Source: Chrysomallon squamiferum
Lineage: Eukaryota > Animalia > Mollusca
NCBI GenBank assembly: GCA_012295275.1
Contig: CM022672.1
Span: 13,330,001 to 13,394,000 of the forward strand
Reading direction: 5' to 3'
Length of the DNA: 64,000 nucleotides
Both the position numbers and the translations under genes were made by a program. This document shows, one piece after another, positions 41,283 to 56,346 of the stretch (its first letter is position 1; each line of letters starts with the position of its first letter). A model generated the notes under the pieces. That model searched no databases. It saw nothing but the letters and a program-made list of their open reading frames with translations, and was not told the DNA's origin.

Positions 41283-43431
41283 TGATAATAATAATAACAA
41301 TAATTAATAATATTAAATAAATAAATAAATAAAATAAAATAAAATAAAATAAAATAAAATTTAAAGAAAGATAATAAAAAAATTTAAACTATCCAGAAGG
41401 ATACAGTAACACTTTTCAGTGTCTACGTTTTACCTCGATTTATTTATTTATTTATTTATTTATTTATTTTTTTAACTTTTTTTGAAGAGAGAAAAATTCA
41501 AGAACAGTCCATGGCCTTTTTTTTTTTTTGCATATGATTACTGAAATTCTTCAATTTTTCTCTCCATTGTTTGCAAGACGTTCTCAATCTTCTTCATCTT
41601 CTTTGTTATTTGTTGTGCATTTGGATTTCATACACGTGGCGCTTATACAGTGTGTTCAGAGATTTGCCTCTTGCATATGAAGTTGACTTCAATCGGGCCC
41701 GCATTTAAATCGGTTTACACAGTATGACTGTCAGTTAGCGGGAGAACAAATCGCTATAACGTCAGGCGGTTTCGAATCTGAAAAACGACGCAGGATGCAA
41801 AATGCGTCGGCGGATCTAAAAGAGAGCAAAGCAGAACAGCACTGTTATTAATTGTTAGTATAGTTCTTGTTGTTGTTGCTATTATAATGTCCCGTCTGGT
41901 TTAGGTGATTATTATTATTATTGTTGTTGTTGTTGTTGTTGTTGATGATGATTTTGTTATTGTTGTTGTTACTGTTATTGTTATCGGAATCATTATCATC
42001 ATAATCATCAGCAGCAGCAGCAGCATTATTATAATTATTACTGTTGTTGTTGCTGCTGCTGTTGTTATTATTGTTATTGTTATCGGTATCATTATCATCA
42101 TCATCATTACTATTATTATTATTATTATTATTATTTTTATCATTATTGCTTATTTTTCATTCTGAAACACGTACCCAAAGCAATTATTCAGCTCCCCCTT
42201 TTGTGAATGTGGAACCGACCCTGATATATATGTGCAAGCACCCATAGACATTTTATTTGGAACATAACCGTATCTCTCAGACTGCGTAGCTTTTATTTTT
42301 CTGTTCTTTACTTGATAAATCCAGGGAAACAAATACAAACAAGCCTGGAATGAATACCGTGAACAGCATTTAATCTCCAGACACCTAAAGCAGACACGAT
42401 TTTTTCTTTTAAAATTTCGGCCGCGAATTATTACTGGCTTAAGGCGTGATCGCTTTCACGATCGATCACGTACACTGCCTTTTTTGGCTTATGTTCGGTT
42501 CCAGCCAACGCTCCAAATTTTTATTTTATTATTATTAATGTCCATGGAATACTTTCTTTTGTACGTGAAGATGCATATTTGAAAACAAATTTAAAAATTA
42601 AACCGATAAAAAATCGGACATGAATGACTCTATTATCTACAAATTAAAGACATTCTGAGTTCGTCATAAAAATAATTTTTAAAATCTTCCTTCCATCATT
42701 ATGTTTGCGATATTTTAACCTTTCCACACTAAAATATATAGTTAATTTTTTTTTTTTTTTTTTTTTTTTTTTGACATTTTGTTGATACTTCATAAAATAT
42801 AAAATACATTTTTTAGATAAAGCATATTTTATGGAAATGTGATGCTACAAAATGAAAATTTGACCATTTAATATTTTTTAAATTGTTTGGAACGGATTGT
42901 GAATATCACTTTACTGTTGATGGGTATCATTGTAAGTAATGTATTATATCTTGTTCGGTAATTCCTATTCCAGGATAATTCCTAAACCAGTATGTTGTGG
43001 TTTTGTCTTTAAATAAATAGTCATATATTTTGTAAATACTTTGAATCTATTACTGTGTTATTATCATTAATTAGTTTATTATCGGACTAAAAATCTAGCA
43101 GAATATAATTCCATTTTGGCATGGTAACATTAATTTACTATCGATCTGTATTTAATATTCAATTATACATAGCATTGTTAATTTATGCAAATATTATATT
43201 TAATGTGCTTTAGTTTTATTTTTTACGTAACGTACTGTACCTATGATACATATATTTTAAAAAGTTAAAACAAAATAAAAATATTATAAATAAATAAACA
43301 ATCGAGCAAATGAACAAATAAATAGAAAGAAAAAGAAAAGAAAAAGGAGCAAAAACCGTAATAGATTTTAGGTGATGTGAAACCAGTGCAGAAGTCTGGT
43401 GACGCCCGGAGACAACTCCTTGATTGTGTGC

Positions 43432-43548
43432 GAAATGAAAGGTTTAAAAAGGGTTAACAAAAAATTCACAAAATATAACTAAAGATAGGTTATCGATAAC
43501 ATATATCTTCACAGGAGAATAATAAAGTTTCTATGACACTGATCTATG
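43432..43548 (+). repeat. 117-bp direct repeat, copy 1 (partner 44452-44568)
   Basis: Offset of 1020 bp, 3 mismatches. Confidence 0.95.
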
Positions 43549-44451
43549 GGTGCGGCAATATAAATAGTAACACTGACACACCCTGGTCGTACATTACGTA
43601 AAACACGATAAACTTCTGACATTATTCTTATGTTACATTTCAAACTCCCAAGAGAAAGAGCCAAACTTTCATAAAAGGGAGAAAACTCTATTATTTATGG
43701 CGGAGGTAACTTCCGTGAAAAAAAAAAAAAAAAATGAATTTCATTGTTACGCCAACAAAATTGTTGTCAAAAATTACGGGAGGAGAGGTTCCGGATGCCA
43801 GCCCCCCACCCTCCGAGTTTCATGACACCCAAGAGAAAATGTTCGCATTATGCATATCTTCACTGCAACGAAACATTTTTCTCGCGATATTTGTGTTGCA
43901 GAATTTGATTCCGCAATGAAAATAATTTCCCGAATATGGCAATCGATAAAAAAAAGCAGACTATAAATATAAACAACAACAACGCCGTTATACCACCTCT
44001 GTGACACGTGAACAATATTGTCGTGGTTTCTGCGTTGCGTCGAGGACGTGGTGAATGATGTTTGTTCGGCTTCATTAATAGGAAGTGTAAGTTTTGTCAA
44101 CAGTATATTCTCACTTGTGAACGTAAACGGTTGACGTCAAAGGAACAAACAGTAAAATGTATGAAATAAAAATGTAGAAATTCTGTCACGAACTGATTGT
44201 CTGTTTAAAGTGCAAGTTTGCTGATGCGAATAAACTCACAAAAGACATTTGAAATACTTCGAAATTATTAATATTTTTATTTGTCTATGCTATTTAAAAA
44301 AAAATATATATATATATATTTGCTAATATCATATGATGGACATTTCTTCACCATCATTGCATGTTCGTTTTCCCGCTTCCGAGAAAATCAAAGAAAAAGT
44401 TATTTAAAATTTTGAGAAAATCTAACTTTAATTTTTTTGTTTAACTTTCAA

Positions 44452-44568
44452 GAAATGAAAGGTTTAAAAAGGGTTAACAAAATATTCACAAAATATAACT
44501 AAAGATAGGTTATCGATAACATATAGCTTCACAGGAGAATAATAAAGTTTCTGTGACACTGATCTATG
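44452..44568 (+). repeat. 117-bp direct repeat, copy 2, interrupting a degenerate minisatellite (about 44378-44720)
   Basis: Flanked on both sides by TTCCGAGAAAATCAAAG-like units. Confidence 0.9.
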
Positions 44569-46258
44569 TCAAATAAAGATTTTTCAAATTCCGAAAAAGT
44601 CAGATATTATTTATTTATTTGTTTAAATTCCGAGAAAATCAGAGTTAAAGATTTTTTTCAGATTCCAAGAAAATCAAAATTAAAGATTTTTCGAATCCTG
44701 AGAAAATAAAAGTTACAGTTTTTTCTAGAGATCTGCAAAACAAGATTCTTTGTCCATCATGGCTATTTTGGACTACATTGAGATACCATCTTTAAACCCA
44801 CGCTCTGTAAAACATTTTTTGCTATTTTCATTTTCTGATTAATTGCTAAAAATAAACATCGCACGGATAAGCTCAAACCATTCGCTATCTTGATATCGCT
44901 TTCTTCATAGAAATGACCAAGTATTTCCTTCCCCCTAAGAATGCAACAACTTTGTAAAAATTTTAATATTTGTTTGTCAGAATATTTTCTCCTATTTTTC
45001 TCTGTTCAAAGTGACATCACGACAAAAGACAAAATGTCATCATAATTCTGTTTTACTGTCAAATTATAGTAATAGAAACAAGTAATAAAAATAATCTTGT
45101 AAAATATATTCGGTCATAAAACAAGCGATACACTTTGAAATATGTGATTTATTAATATACTGATTTGATGTTGATCTGAGATAAATGTTATTAAAGTTTA
45201 AAAAGTTGTTCTTATTAATAAATCTATTGAGAAAGCGACTACAGGGGTCTGTCTATATATCTTCTCTTTCAATTTTTATATGATTATAAACGTGATTCGG
45301 ATATTTATCGTCGTAGAAAAGAGCTTAGTAAAAAAAAAATTATTATTCGTAGTGATCTTGCCGAAAATATTAAACGCTGCTTAGTAATGTAAACCAAAGA
45401 AAAACAATAAAGAAAAGTCAAATAAATAATAATAATAATACAATGAAAAAAAACTGCAAAATAAATAAATAAATAAATAAATAAATAAATACCATAATAA
45501 CAATAACAACATCAAAAACAACACCAACAGTAATCTTTTTAACTATAATAATAATAAAGATGATGAAGATGATGATGACGGTGATGAAATAAAACAAAAA
45601 CAAACCAACAACAATAAATATTATATTCACGAATAACTTCCAATAAAACTGAAAAAAAAAACTAAAACATCGTTTGGATGTCTCTTTATCTCTTCGTGTT
45701 TATCTGCGCACGCGCACGCGCACTCGTTGCGTTGTGTTAGTAACTGCAATACTTTGACAAACGTCGGCTGACAATTAATTTTTTGTTATTGCGTGGTTTT
45801 GATATTATCATGTTTACTGAGGTCAAGCGTCGTCCATGTTGAAACAAGCCGACATTAAATTCCTCAAACAAACATTAACAACAGTCGACTGTGGCTACTG
45901 CGTGAATAAACAAACAGAATGTTTAAAAAACGGCCATAAAAAAATGTTCAAGTACAAATATTTGTGTGTTTTGCTTGTGGAATGAGTTTTTTCGACATTT
46001 TTTAATAACGATCGTCTGTCTGTCTGTCTGTCTGGCGTTTGTGATTTTTTAAAATGTTTATCAGTTCACTGTAGTCGGAAACGACGTGTCTGTACAGACT
46101 GGTATATTGACAGAGGCAGAGATAGATAAAGATGCACACACACTCACAGATACAGATACAGAGACAGATAAATGAATAAACAGACAGACAGAAAAACAGA
46201 GATTGATAACCAAACAGATAAACAGATGGTAGCTATTGACACATAAGACAGATATATA

Positions 46259-46330
46259 GATGGATGAATGGATGGATGGATGGATGGATGGATGGATGGA
46301 TGGATGGATGGATGGATGGATAAATGGATG
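46259..46330. repeat. (GGAT)n microsatellite
   Basis: Direct inspection. Confidence 0.95.
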
Positions 46331-46867
46331 CATAGATAAATAGATAGAAAGAAAGACAGAAATAGATACAAAGATGGATAGATAGATAGACAAACAAATT
46401 ATATATCTGGACAGATATATAAGGTGGATAGATGGATAAGCAGAACAAAGAGAGACAAACATTAGATAGATAGATAGACAGATAGCTGGACAGATTACAC
46501 CAGTATACAGATTAATAGTTACATTGTAGAAATGTAAACAGAGAGATAGCTACATCGATTGATAAACACTGTGTGAGATCAGTGGATGAAAATAGATACA
46601 TACATGCCTATATACACACATATATCTCTAAGACGCATATCACATGATGTACATATATCACACATGCATGTATATACACACACATATACAAAGATACACA
46701 CATAGATATGTTTAAACATACATACACTAAAAACGCATGTATATATATATGTGTTTTAAATACGTATTTATATACACATACACACCAATATATATAATAT
46801 AAACATTATATACATATTCAGATACACGCACAGATAAAATAATAATACACAAACTGATATAAAACAT

Positions 46868-47022
46868 TAAGATACAAACTTGTAAAAAAAACAGTGACAT
46901 ACAAACGCATATAAAACAGTAATATACAAACCTTAATAACTCAGTAATACATAAACTTGTATAAAGAAGTAAGATACAAACTTATTTAAAACAGTAACAT
47001 ACAAAACTGCATCAAACTGTAA
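46868..47022. repeat. Degenerate about 25-bp minisatellite (ACAGTAA.ATACAAACTTGTATAAA)
   Basis: About six diverged units visible. Confidence 0.7.
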
Positions 47023-47148
47023 GCCACATCCTTAGATATATAAAAACTCTCTTAGGAAAAGAAGAAAGAAATGTCAATGAGAAAAACAAAACAAAACAAG
47101 AAAGCTGAACAAGATCTCACAACAAGATCCTCAAAACCAAATTAAACA

Positions 47149-47318
<170 letters not shown>

Positions 47319-48615
47319 AATCTAGTGAATGCAGATTGAAAGGATCATTTGTTTGAAGAGATACATTCCCAGTAGAAATATTTCGACTGTTTTATTCCAT
47401 ATACATGAATAGATATATACGGATTTTAACACATACACAATACACGCACAGACAAACACATATATATAAATGAACACAATATTACTCAGATACAAAATTA
47501 TACTGAGAAACAAATATGACACACATACTCATGCACTTTATGCAAAAATATATTGCACAAATATATGCACGCATTATACAAACACTAACAAACAACTACA
47601 CAAAAATATCAGTTGCCAGCAAGTATCCTTTTGTATTCTTAATACTGTAATTAAATAAATTAATTAATTAAAAACAAAAGTAATAATAATAAAAATTAAA
47701 ACAAAATAAAATAAATAAAATAAAATAAAATAAAATAAAACAAAACAAAACAAACGAAAATAATATTACTCATTCCAGTTCATATTATCACTAAGATTAC
47801 GTAAAGATATTTCGAACTTCGTCGGTTCCGTTTCTTTGTATTTGTTTATATTTTAAACATGATTATTTGGTGTGAGATTCAGTCTATCTCATCATCGCTC
47901 CTAAGTGTGAAGGTGATGGAAATGTCATTATTTAAAAAGTAAACAGTGTAAACACACAGACTTGTTTACTACAGACTCGAGTCAAACGAAATCACAACAT
48001 TTCCTACACTGAGCTGAATGATAGACAATATTAGTTTAATTTTAAATCTAATACCTGTTTGATTAATTGCCATATGACGTCAAATTTTATGTAGTTTTAT
48101 TGTGCAGTTAAAAAAAAAAAAAAAAAAAAAATATATATAATTATGTTAGGTAATTGTATTCTGAATAAATATTAAAAGTTCAATAAAAATATACTTTATG
48201 TATAAATTGGTATATGCACACGAACATATGTATGTATATGTATGTATGTGTGTGTTTATGTGTGTGTATAAATAATGTATTTTATGTCTCAATATTTGTG
48301 TGCGCACGAATATATCTATATATGTATGTACGTATGTATATATATAATGTATGTATGTATGTATCTAATGTATGTATGTATGTAATCACGTAGAAATATA
48401 TATAATATTAAACAGATTTTAAATAATTAAATTACAAATGAAAGACTGTATACAAATCTTATACATACACGGCTTTTACTGAATGTTCAGTCGAAGTATT
48501 GTTTTTGTTTTTGTTTAGAATAATGAGACAGATTTCGTCTTGAAAATTATACTGCACCACATAATGCTAAATACCCCCATTGAAATTCTGGATCAAGTTA
48601 TTGACACTTGTGTAT

Positions 48616-48669
<54 letters not shown>

Positions 48670-49000
48670 GCAACAATAATAATTGTAGTAGTAGTACTAG
48701 CAGCAGTAGAAGTAATAATAATTAATAGACTAATACTAATAGTAAAATAAAGAATGAAAACAACAATAACACCACCACCACAAATAGTAACAACAACGAC
48801 ACCATAGGCAACAACAGCAACAATAACAATAAACACCAGCTGTATGATAACTCAAAAACATACATAATATTGTGAGGTGCCAGGTACAATAAACATGGTC
48901 GCGAAACAAATATACGTCACAAATTTACAAGGTAAATTAAATAACTGGTAATGTTTTGTTTGATTTCCTCTGGCTTACGTCATTATCAGTAGATGCCTTA

Positions 49001-49002
<2 letters not shown>

Positions 49003-49086
<84 letters not shown>
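49003..49086. repeat. (TG)n microsatellite
   Basis: Direct inspection. Confidence 0.98.
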
Positions 49087-49089
<3 letters not shown>

Positions 49090-49386
49090 TAATCGGAAAT
49101 CAAACTGAATTGTCAAAATGTGTATTTCTCGCAATATATCGTAACGTGTTTTCACACAACGTTTACCGTTACATGCCGGCTATAGATGTATTTATTATGT
49201 ATTTATCATCCAAAGATGTATTTGTAGCATCGAAAAATTTATAATGTAGATACAACTGATACTTTCGAAAAAAACCTTTCAACTTTAGTGTCTGTGTTCA
49301 TTCCATTTTCATGGCATCATATTTATAAACATCAAATGTCGAATAAGAGACATATGCAAATTAGCGCGCGCACGCTCGCACGCATG

Positions 49387-49424
<38 letters not shown>

Positions 49425-49501
49425 CAAAACATAAAAACAGCAAAAGTAAAAGAAAATATTACCTTGGAATATCAGCTCCATTTTGTATTCTTGACTACTG
49501 A

Positions 49502-49526
49502 TGACGTCAATAATGGTTTGACGTCA
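49502..49526. promoter_or_regulatory. Double CRE: TGACGTCA-N9-TGACGTCA
   Basis: TGACGTCA ATAATGGTT TGACGTCA. Confidence 0.5.
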
Positions 49527-50716
49527 TATAAAAATGTAGGTACTGTAGTCGCACGTCGAAGATTTGTAGGGTGTAACTGAGGTAGTATGGTCAAGGGGTT
49601 TATATTTATTATTATTATTATTGTGGATGTTGTTTTTGTGTTGTTGTTGTTACTGTTACTGTAGTTGTTGTTATCGTTATAGTTATTGTTATTATTATTA
49701 CTATTATTATTATTGATATTGTTATTATTGTTGTTACTATTATAGTGTTTGTGTTTTTATATTATTGTTGTTGTTGTTGTTTATGTTGATGTTGTTGAAA
49801 CAGTTTTAAATGGACAATATTTCGTCCTGTTTCATTTATTTATGTAATATAACATTCATAATATATGTATATATGTATGTATGTAGGTATGGATGTACAT
49901 ATGTATGTATGTATATATACATACATACATACATATATATATATATATACACACATACATATATGTATGTGTGTTTGTGTGTATGTTTGTGTGTATGTGT
50001 GTGTGTCGTATTTAATGAGGAAAAAATTGTCTTTATTGTGGTTATGCACGTTACTTAGCTTAATACAGACAGTATTAACAATTTGCAATAGCTGATAAAT
50101 ACACACACACACACACATACATACCCACTAACACACACACAAACACACACACATACTGACAGAAAATAAAATAGATTCATGATCAGACACTGAAATATGA
50201 ACAAATTAAATATGAATATAAAAATAATGTAAACGTAAAATATATTTTGTGTGGAAAATGTATGCCTATAAATAATAATAATAATGATGATGATGATGAC
50301 GATGATGATGATCAGTATGATGATGATCATGATACTGATAACGATAATGATAATTAAGATGATGACATTTGTTATTTTGATGCTGATGTATTTTTTGACG
50401 TCACGGATACGTCTGAAATAATGACAATAGAAGCCAGTAGTCTTGCTTTCTTGTTATTAGAGTGTCGGTGATTAGCTTGCATATAATTCACCAGTTTCAG
50501 CAGTTAAACTGAAAACTGTAAACATGTTTATCAAGATTACCCTTCATACATACATACATATGTACATATATACATACATACAGACAGACAGACAGACAGA
50601 CAGACATAAATACATACATACATACATACATGCATGCATACATACAAACATGCATACATACATACATACATACATACATACAAACATGCATGCATACATG
50701 CAAACATACATACACA

Positions 50717-50749
<33 letters not shown>

Positions 50750-51096
50750 TATATACATAAATCCATACATACATACATGCACAGAGCCTAGTCTTTTTTT
50801 TTAAAGAATATTTAAGATCCAGAATACATAAAATGTTTCTAAACGTAATATTACTGTTAAAATTGTTGCTAAAGCATTTCTTATTTCACAACTGAATACG
50901 TAGCAGACAGTCAACAAAAAATGGCAAAAGATAACAAGTTTGTCTTTTTCTAAATCATACCTGGTTCCTGATGTAGTTAATTCTGTCTGAATTCATTGTC
51001 TGTCATTTTTATATTCTGCCATACAAGCAAAGAGCGATTTATTTAAAATGTTATAGCTATATAACTGTTCCTGTGATCTGTTATTTATTTATTTAC

Positions 51097-51139
<43 letters not shown>

Positions 51140-51684
51140 TTTTTTCATTCCATTTGGCGGAGTTTTTTTTTTTTTTTGTGTTTTTTTTGTGTTTAGTTTC
51201 TTGTTGTTTTTTTATACTAGGATAATAATTATACAAAAAAAAAAATAATAATAATAATCGCGCATTTTAGTGGAGAAAATTAATAAACTAGTGATATAAC
51301 ACAACACCAAAAATAATAATAACAACAGAAACATCAATAATACCAGCAACAGTAACAACAAAACAATCATAATGACAATAACAGCAACAATAACAACAAC
51401 AGTAATAATAATTTTTGATTTTAATTTCACGTTTAGTTTTAGTTTTAGTTTCATTTTCAGTTTCAGATTCAGTTTCAGTTTCAGATTCAGTTTCAGTTTT
51501 AGTTTTAGTTTTAATTTTTAGTATTTTTTGTAAGTATTCGTTCTATCCTTGTAAAATATAAAAATATTAAACTCTTATACCTAAACATACACACAAAGAC
51601 AGCGACAAACACACACCCACAAACACAAACACAAATACATACAAACGCATACACAACCACGTACACAAACATACAAATACACAC

Positions 51685-51739
<55 letters not shown>

Positions 51740-51887
51740 GCAAAAACAATAATAATAATAATAAGAGAAGGCAGATGAAAACAGAGCTATCTGTGTAGAG
51801 AACACGAAAAGTACATGTAACAATTTAATACATTCTCTCTTTTAATAACTGAACATAGCTGAGTAGTATACACCCAGACACAAACAA

Positions 51888-52616
51888 GAATACAGACACA
51901 GACGTGCATACAGACACAGACGTGCATACAGACACAAACATGCATACAGACACAAACATGCATACAGATACAAACATACACACAGACACAAACATACATA
52001 CAGACACAAACATACATACAGACACAAACATACATACAGACACAAAACATACATTAATAACATGAACATACATACATACACAAACATGCATACAGACACA
52101 AACATACACAGACACAAACATACATACAGACACAAACATACATACCGATACAAACATCCATACAGATACAAACATGCACACAGACACAAACATACATTCA
52201 GACACAAACATCCATACAGATACAAACATCCATACAGACACAAACATACATACAGACACAAACATACATTCAGACACAAACATGCACACAGACACAAACA
52301 TACATACAGACACAAACATCCATACAGACACAAACATACATACAGATACAAACATGCACACAGACACAAACATACATACAGACACAAACATACATTCAGA
52401 CACAAACATGCACACAGACACAAACATACATTCAGACACAAACATGCATACAGATACAAACATGCACACAGACACAAACATACATACAGACACAAACGTA
52501 CACTCAGACACAAACATACACATCAAACACAAACATACACTCAAACACAAACATGCACACAGACACAAACATGCATACAGACACAAACATACACTCAGAC
52601 ACAAACATACATACAG
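51888..52616. repeat. 18-bp minisatellite (CATACAGACACAAACATA), about 40 units
   Basis: Regular 18-nt period, with variants CATG/CATC/CATT. Confidence 0.95.
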
Positions 52617-53242
52617 AAGCACTGTCGAGAGCGTCATTAGAGGGTTATGTTAAATAACATGTAGCTTGTCTTTCCTGTATTGACTTGTGAGCTTTAGAAT
52701 GTTTTCTGACTTCTTTACGTAATTAACCCTTTGTAAGCTGTTTGACTGAGACAGTAGTAGTAAATAATGTACGACGATGTGTTTGTGAACCACGTAAAAA
52801 ATACGAAAGACATATTTAAATATAATGAACTTTAAAACGTTTAACTGCCTTGAACTAAATCTGTGAATGCTGAATACATAGGTACAAACAAGGAACAGAA
52901 TGGTACCTTCTCTCAAACACACACATAAATATACGCTGAATATATATACACACACATATACATATATATTCATATTAAAACCATTTCATACATACGTAAA
53001 TACTTGCATACGTACACACATACATAACTATATATATAGACACACACGCATACATAAGTACATACATACATATATACATACACATACATACCAATATAAA
53101 ATAGGTTTGCCTTTCATAACTGACTTTAAAAAGTAAATCTATTTTCTGACTGCTCTTCTTAATTACCTCTTCGTATTACACACGCACGCACACACAAACA
53201 CGCACGCACACACAGCGACAACATATATATACACACACACAT

Positions 53243-53289
<47 letters not shown>

Positions 53290-53566
53290 CACACACACAC
53301 AAAAAAAGGGTGCTTGTGTACGGCACGTAAAGGAAGATGCAGAACACAAACAGCATTGTACTGAAGATCAAAACGTCAAAAGCATATTTCAAAACATCAC
53401 TGGCTTTTAGCGGCCTTCACAGACAAACACAGACTGTTCACTCTGTCTGTCCACAACACAAATGACTGGCGTAACAGCGCGATCTGCTCTGTCAAACATG
53501 ATTTTTGTAATCAGAGATTTAACGTAATGGATGTGTACTTTGGGGGATTGGCTAAATTATTCAGGT

Positions 53567-53606
<40 letters not shown>

Positions 53607-53830
53607 GTTTGAAAGACGAGGGACGTTAGTCAAAATGTCTGTAGGAAGATTATTATAAAAGCAAACAAGGATTATTTCGTAATGCACAGACGGTCAAACA
53701 GACAGACAGATGTAGTCAGCAGTACTGATGGGTGTGAGCCATTGTCATATAGTTAAAAAGAGATGATAACGTGTGTATATGTGTATGTACGTGTGTTTGT
53801 GTGTGTGTGTGTATGTATATATGTATATAC

Positions 53831-53862
<32 letters not shown>

Positions 53863-54096
53863 ATGTACGTGTGTGTGTGTGTATGTATATATGTATGTAC
53901 GTGTATGTGTGTGTGTGTATGTATATATGTATGTACGTGTGTGTGTGTGGAACAGAGAAAAAGAAAGGAAAAAAGAACAAGGCCAAAGAGACAGATAGAC
54001 AATGATCTCTCTCCATCTCTCTCTCTTTCTCTCTCTCTCCATATCTCTCTCTCCCTCTCTTTCTCTCCCTCCGTCTCTTTCTGTATCTCCATCTCT

Positions 54097-54182
<86 letters not shown>

Positions 54183-54580
54183 ATATATCTCTATATATCT
54201 ATCTGTCAGTATGTATATGTACATCTGCGTAGCAATATGTCTATCACTTTTTTCTTTGTCTATCAATGTCTATCTATCTGTCTGTCTGTCTGTTGTATGT
54301 CCATCGTCTTTCTATCCACCGGACTTTCTATATAGAAAGAGAAAGAAAGAAAGAGAGGTGGGGTAGTGGCAATAGGGACTGGTCCATGTTTTTACGTCAC
54401 TGGCCAGCGCGATATCGCAGTACTGGTTACGTCAGTCGTAATTTGAAGGGCAGTTAAAGACATGAGAAAAACTCAGCGGATCTTCTGTCCTAGTTAAAAC
54501 CACCGGCAAGGTTTTGGGGAAACGTGCTGAAACGTTGACGGATAGAGAAAAGGTTTACGACTCAACGAATGACGATTATA

Positions 54581-54618
<38 letters not shown>

Positions 54619-55075
54619 TATACACTGACAAGGTTTAAGAAAAACGACATACATACATACACACATGCATACACACATACACATAAATACATATATACAT
54701 ACATACATGCGGATACAGAAACATACATGGAATCAAACAAGTAGATAGGCATACGCATATATATACATCATAGATATCAAAGCTGTTGGAGCTCATAGTT
54801 TCACTCACTGAGAGATAAATAACTCAAATAACTTGGTTTGTTTGGGTTGGCAGGTATGTGTGAATATGAAACATCAAAAAAACTGACACATTAAACAGGT
54901 AAAACAGACGCCCGTAAAACGTTTCAGTTCATATGTACTTGATTTTAATAATACAGTATATTAAAAGGAAATCTTTTTCTTCCTTTCTTTTTTTATTAAA
55001 AATAATTTAAAAATAAATAAATAAATAAATAATAATAATAATGACGACAAAAACAACAACAATAATAATATTATT

Positions 55076-55108
<33 letters not shown>

Positions 55109-55149
55109 GAAAACTGTCTCTAAATGGTAACGTTTACTAAATATTTCAT

Positions 55150-55380
55150 CTGAGCCACGAGTTCAGTCCTCTTTGGTTCACAACATGGGTTATTTCCTAC
55201 ACTACGACTGTCAGATATACAAAAAGCCTTGCGATATGTGCTTTCCTCTCGATAAAAAGCTCTTATAATATATATTTTGCTTTAATGGGAAAATAGAGCA
55301 GATTTCTCCTGAAGACATCAGAAACGACAAACGTTTGACTTGACACAAAATTTATCAGTGCATTTTAATGTTATCGAAAC
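55150..55380 (+). mobile_element. Decayed Meta/MESC-type SINE remnant
   Basis: CACTACGACTG..ATATACAAAAAGCCTTGCGATATGTGCTTTCCT..TAATGGGAAAATAGAGCAGATTTCTCCTGAAGAC..AAACGTTTGAC has the same block order as the recalled SINE. Confidence 0.5.
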
Positions 55381-55808
55381 ATTCTGTATTGGTAGAAAAA
55401 AGAAGAAGGATAGAAATGTTTTACTGAAGGAAAATCTCAGGCTTCAGAACAGTTCATATAAAAAAAGAGGTGGGGTTGATTCTGGGACCTGTCTCTGTCA
55501 GATCTAAGCTGCAATCAGTTGCTGTTTTTTTAGTTTTCCAAGGTATGGTGACCATTCTAGATCATTTTACTGAAGGGAACGTCCATTCACGTAACAATCC
55601 TTCGTACTGTCTTGTTTCTCTGTTAGACTCAGTCTGTTATCATTTACATTTAAATCTATAACAGTATCTCTTATAGTATTGGGTAATATAATATACTCAC
55701 TTCTGGAAAATCTGAACACATCTAAAAAGATACAATATAATGATGATGATGGTGATGATGATGATGATATCAGTAATAATAAAGATAATAATAATTTGAA
55801 TAAAATAA

Positions 55809-55847
<39 letters not shown>

Positions 55848-56291
55848 AGTAATGAATTAATAAAATTAGTAATTTATTTATTTATTTTTTATTAGAAAAT
55901 ATATTATTTATAAAGATATTCTGAGCCATCGATCGTTTAAAAGGTTAATTATTATTGTTGTTGTTCTTCTTATTATTATTACTGTTGCTGTTGTTGTTGT
56001 TGTCATTATTATTATTATTATTATTAATGCTATATATTTGCTATTGTTGTTGTTAATTAAATTATTAACTAAATATAATTATTTTATTGTAAAATTTCGA
56101 TTTAAATATCGTTAACCAGAACAAACTGTCTGACCTAAAAATCAGTCCCATCACCACGCACTACTGTACTAAAATAAAACAAAGCGATTTTTCGTGCAAG
56201 TCGAGATAAATAAGGTATATATTATATCGTCTTCTTCAGTCGAAACTGCTTTTCTTTGTCTCTTTTTATTCTATTATATGGTCTTATGTGA

Positions 56292-56341
<50 letters not shown>

Positions 56342-56346
<5 letters not shown>

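Noticed and set aside
49578-49600. let-7-like TGAGGTAGTA
   Set aside because: Only the first 10 nt match, and there is no complementary 3' arm downstream.
51825-52653. 160-270 aa repetitive ORFs (VCMFVS, HTDTNI, RHKHTY)
   Set aside because: This is a stop-free 18-bp minisatellite derived from CA/TACA repeats, open in many frames, with no splice or codon evidence.
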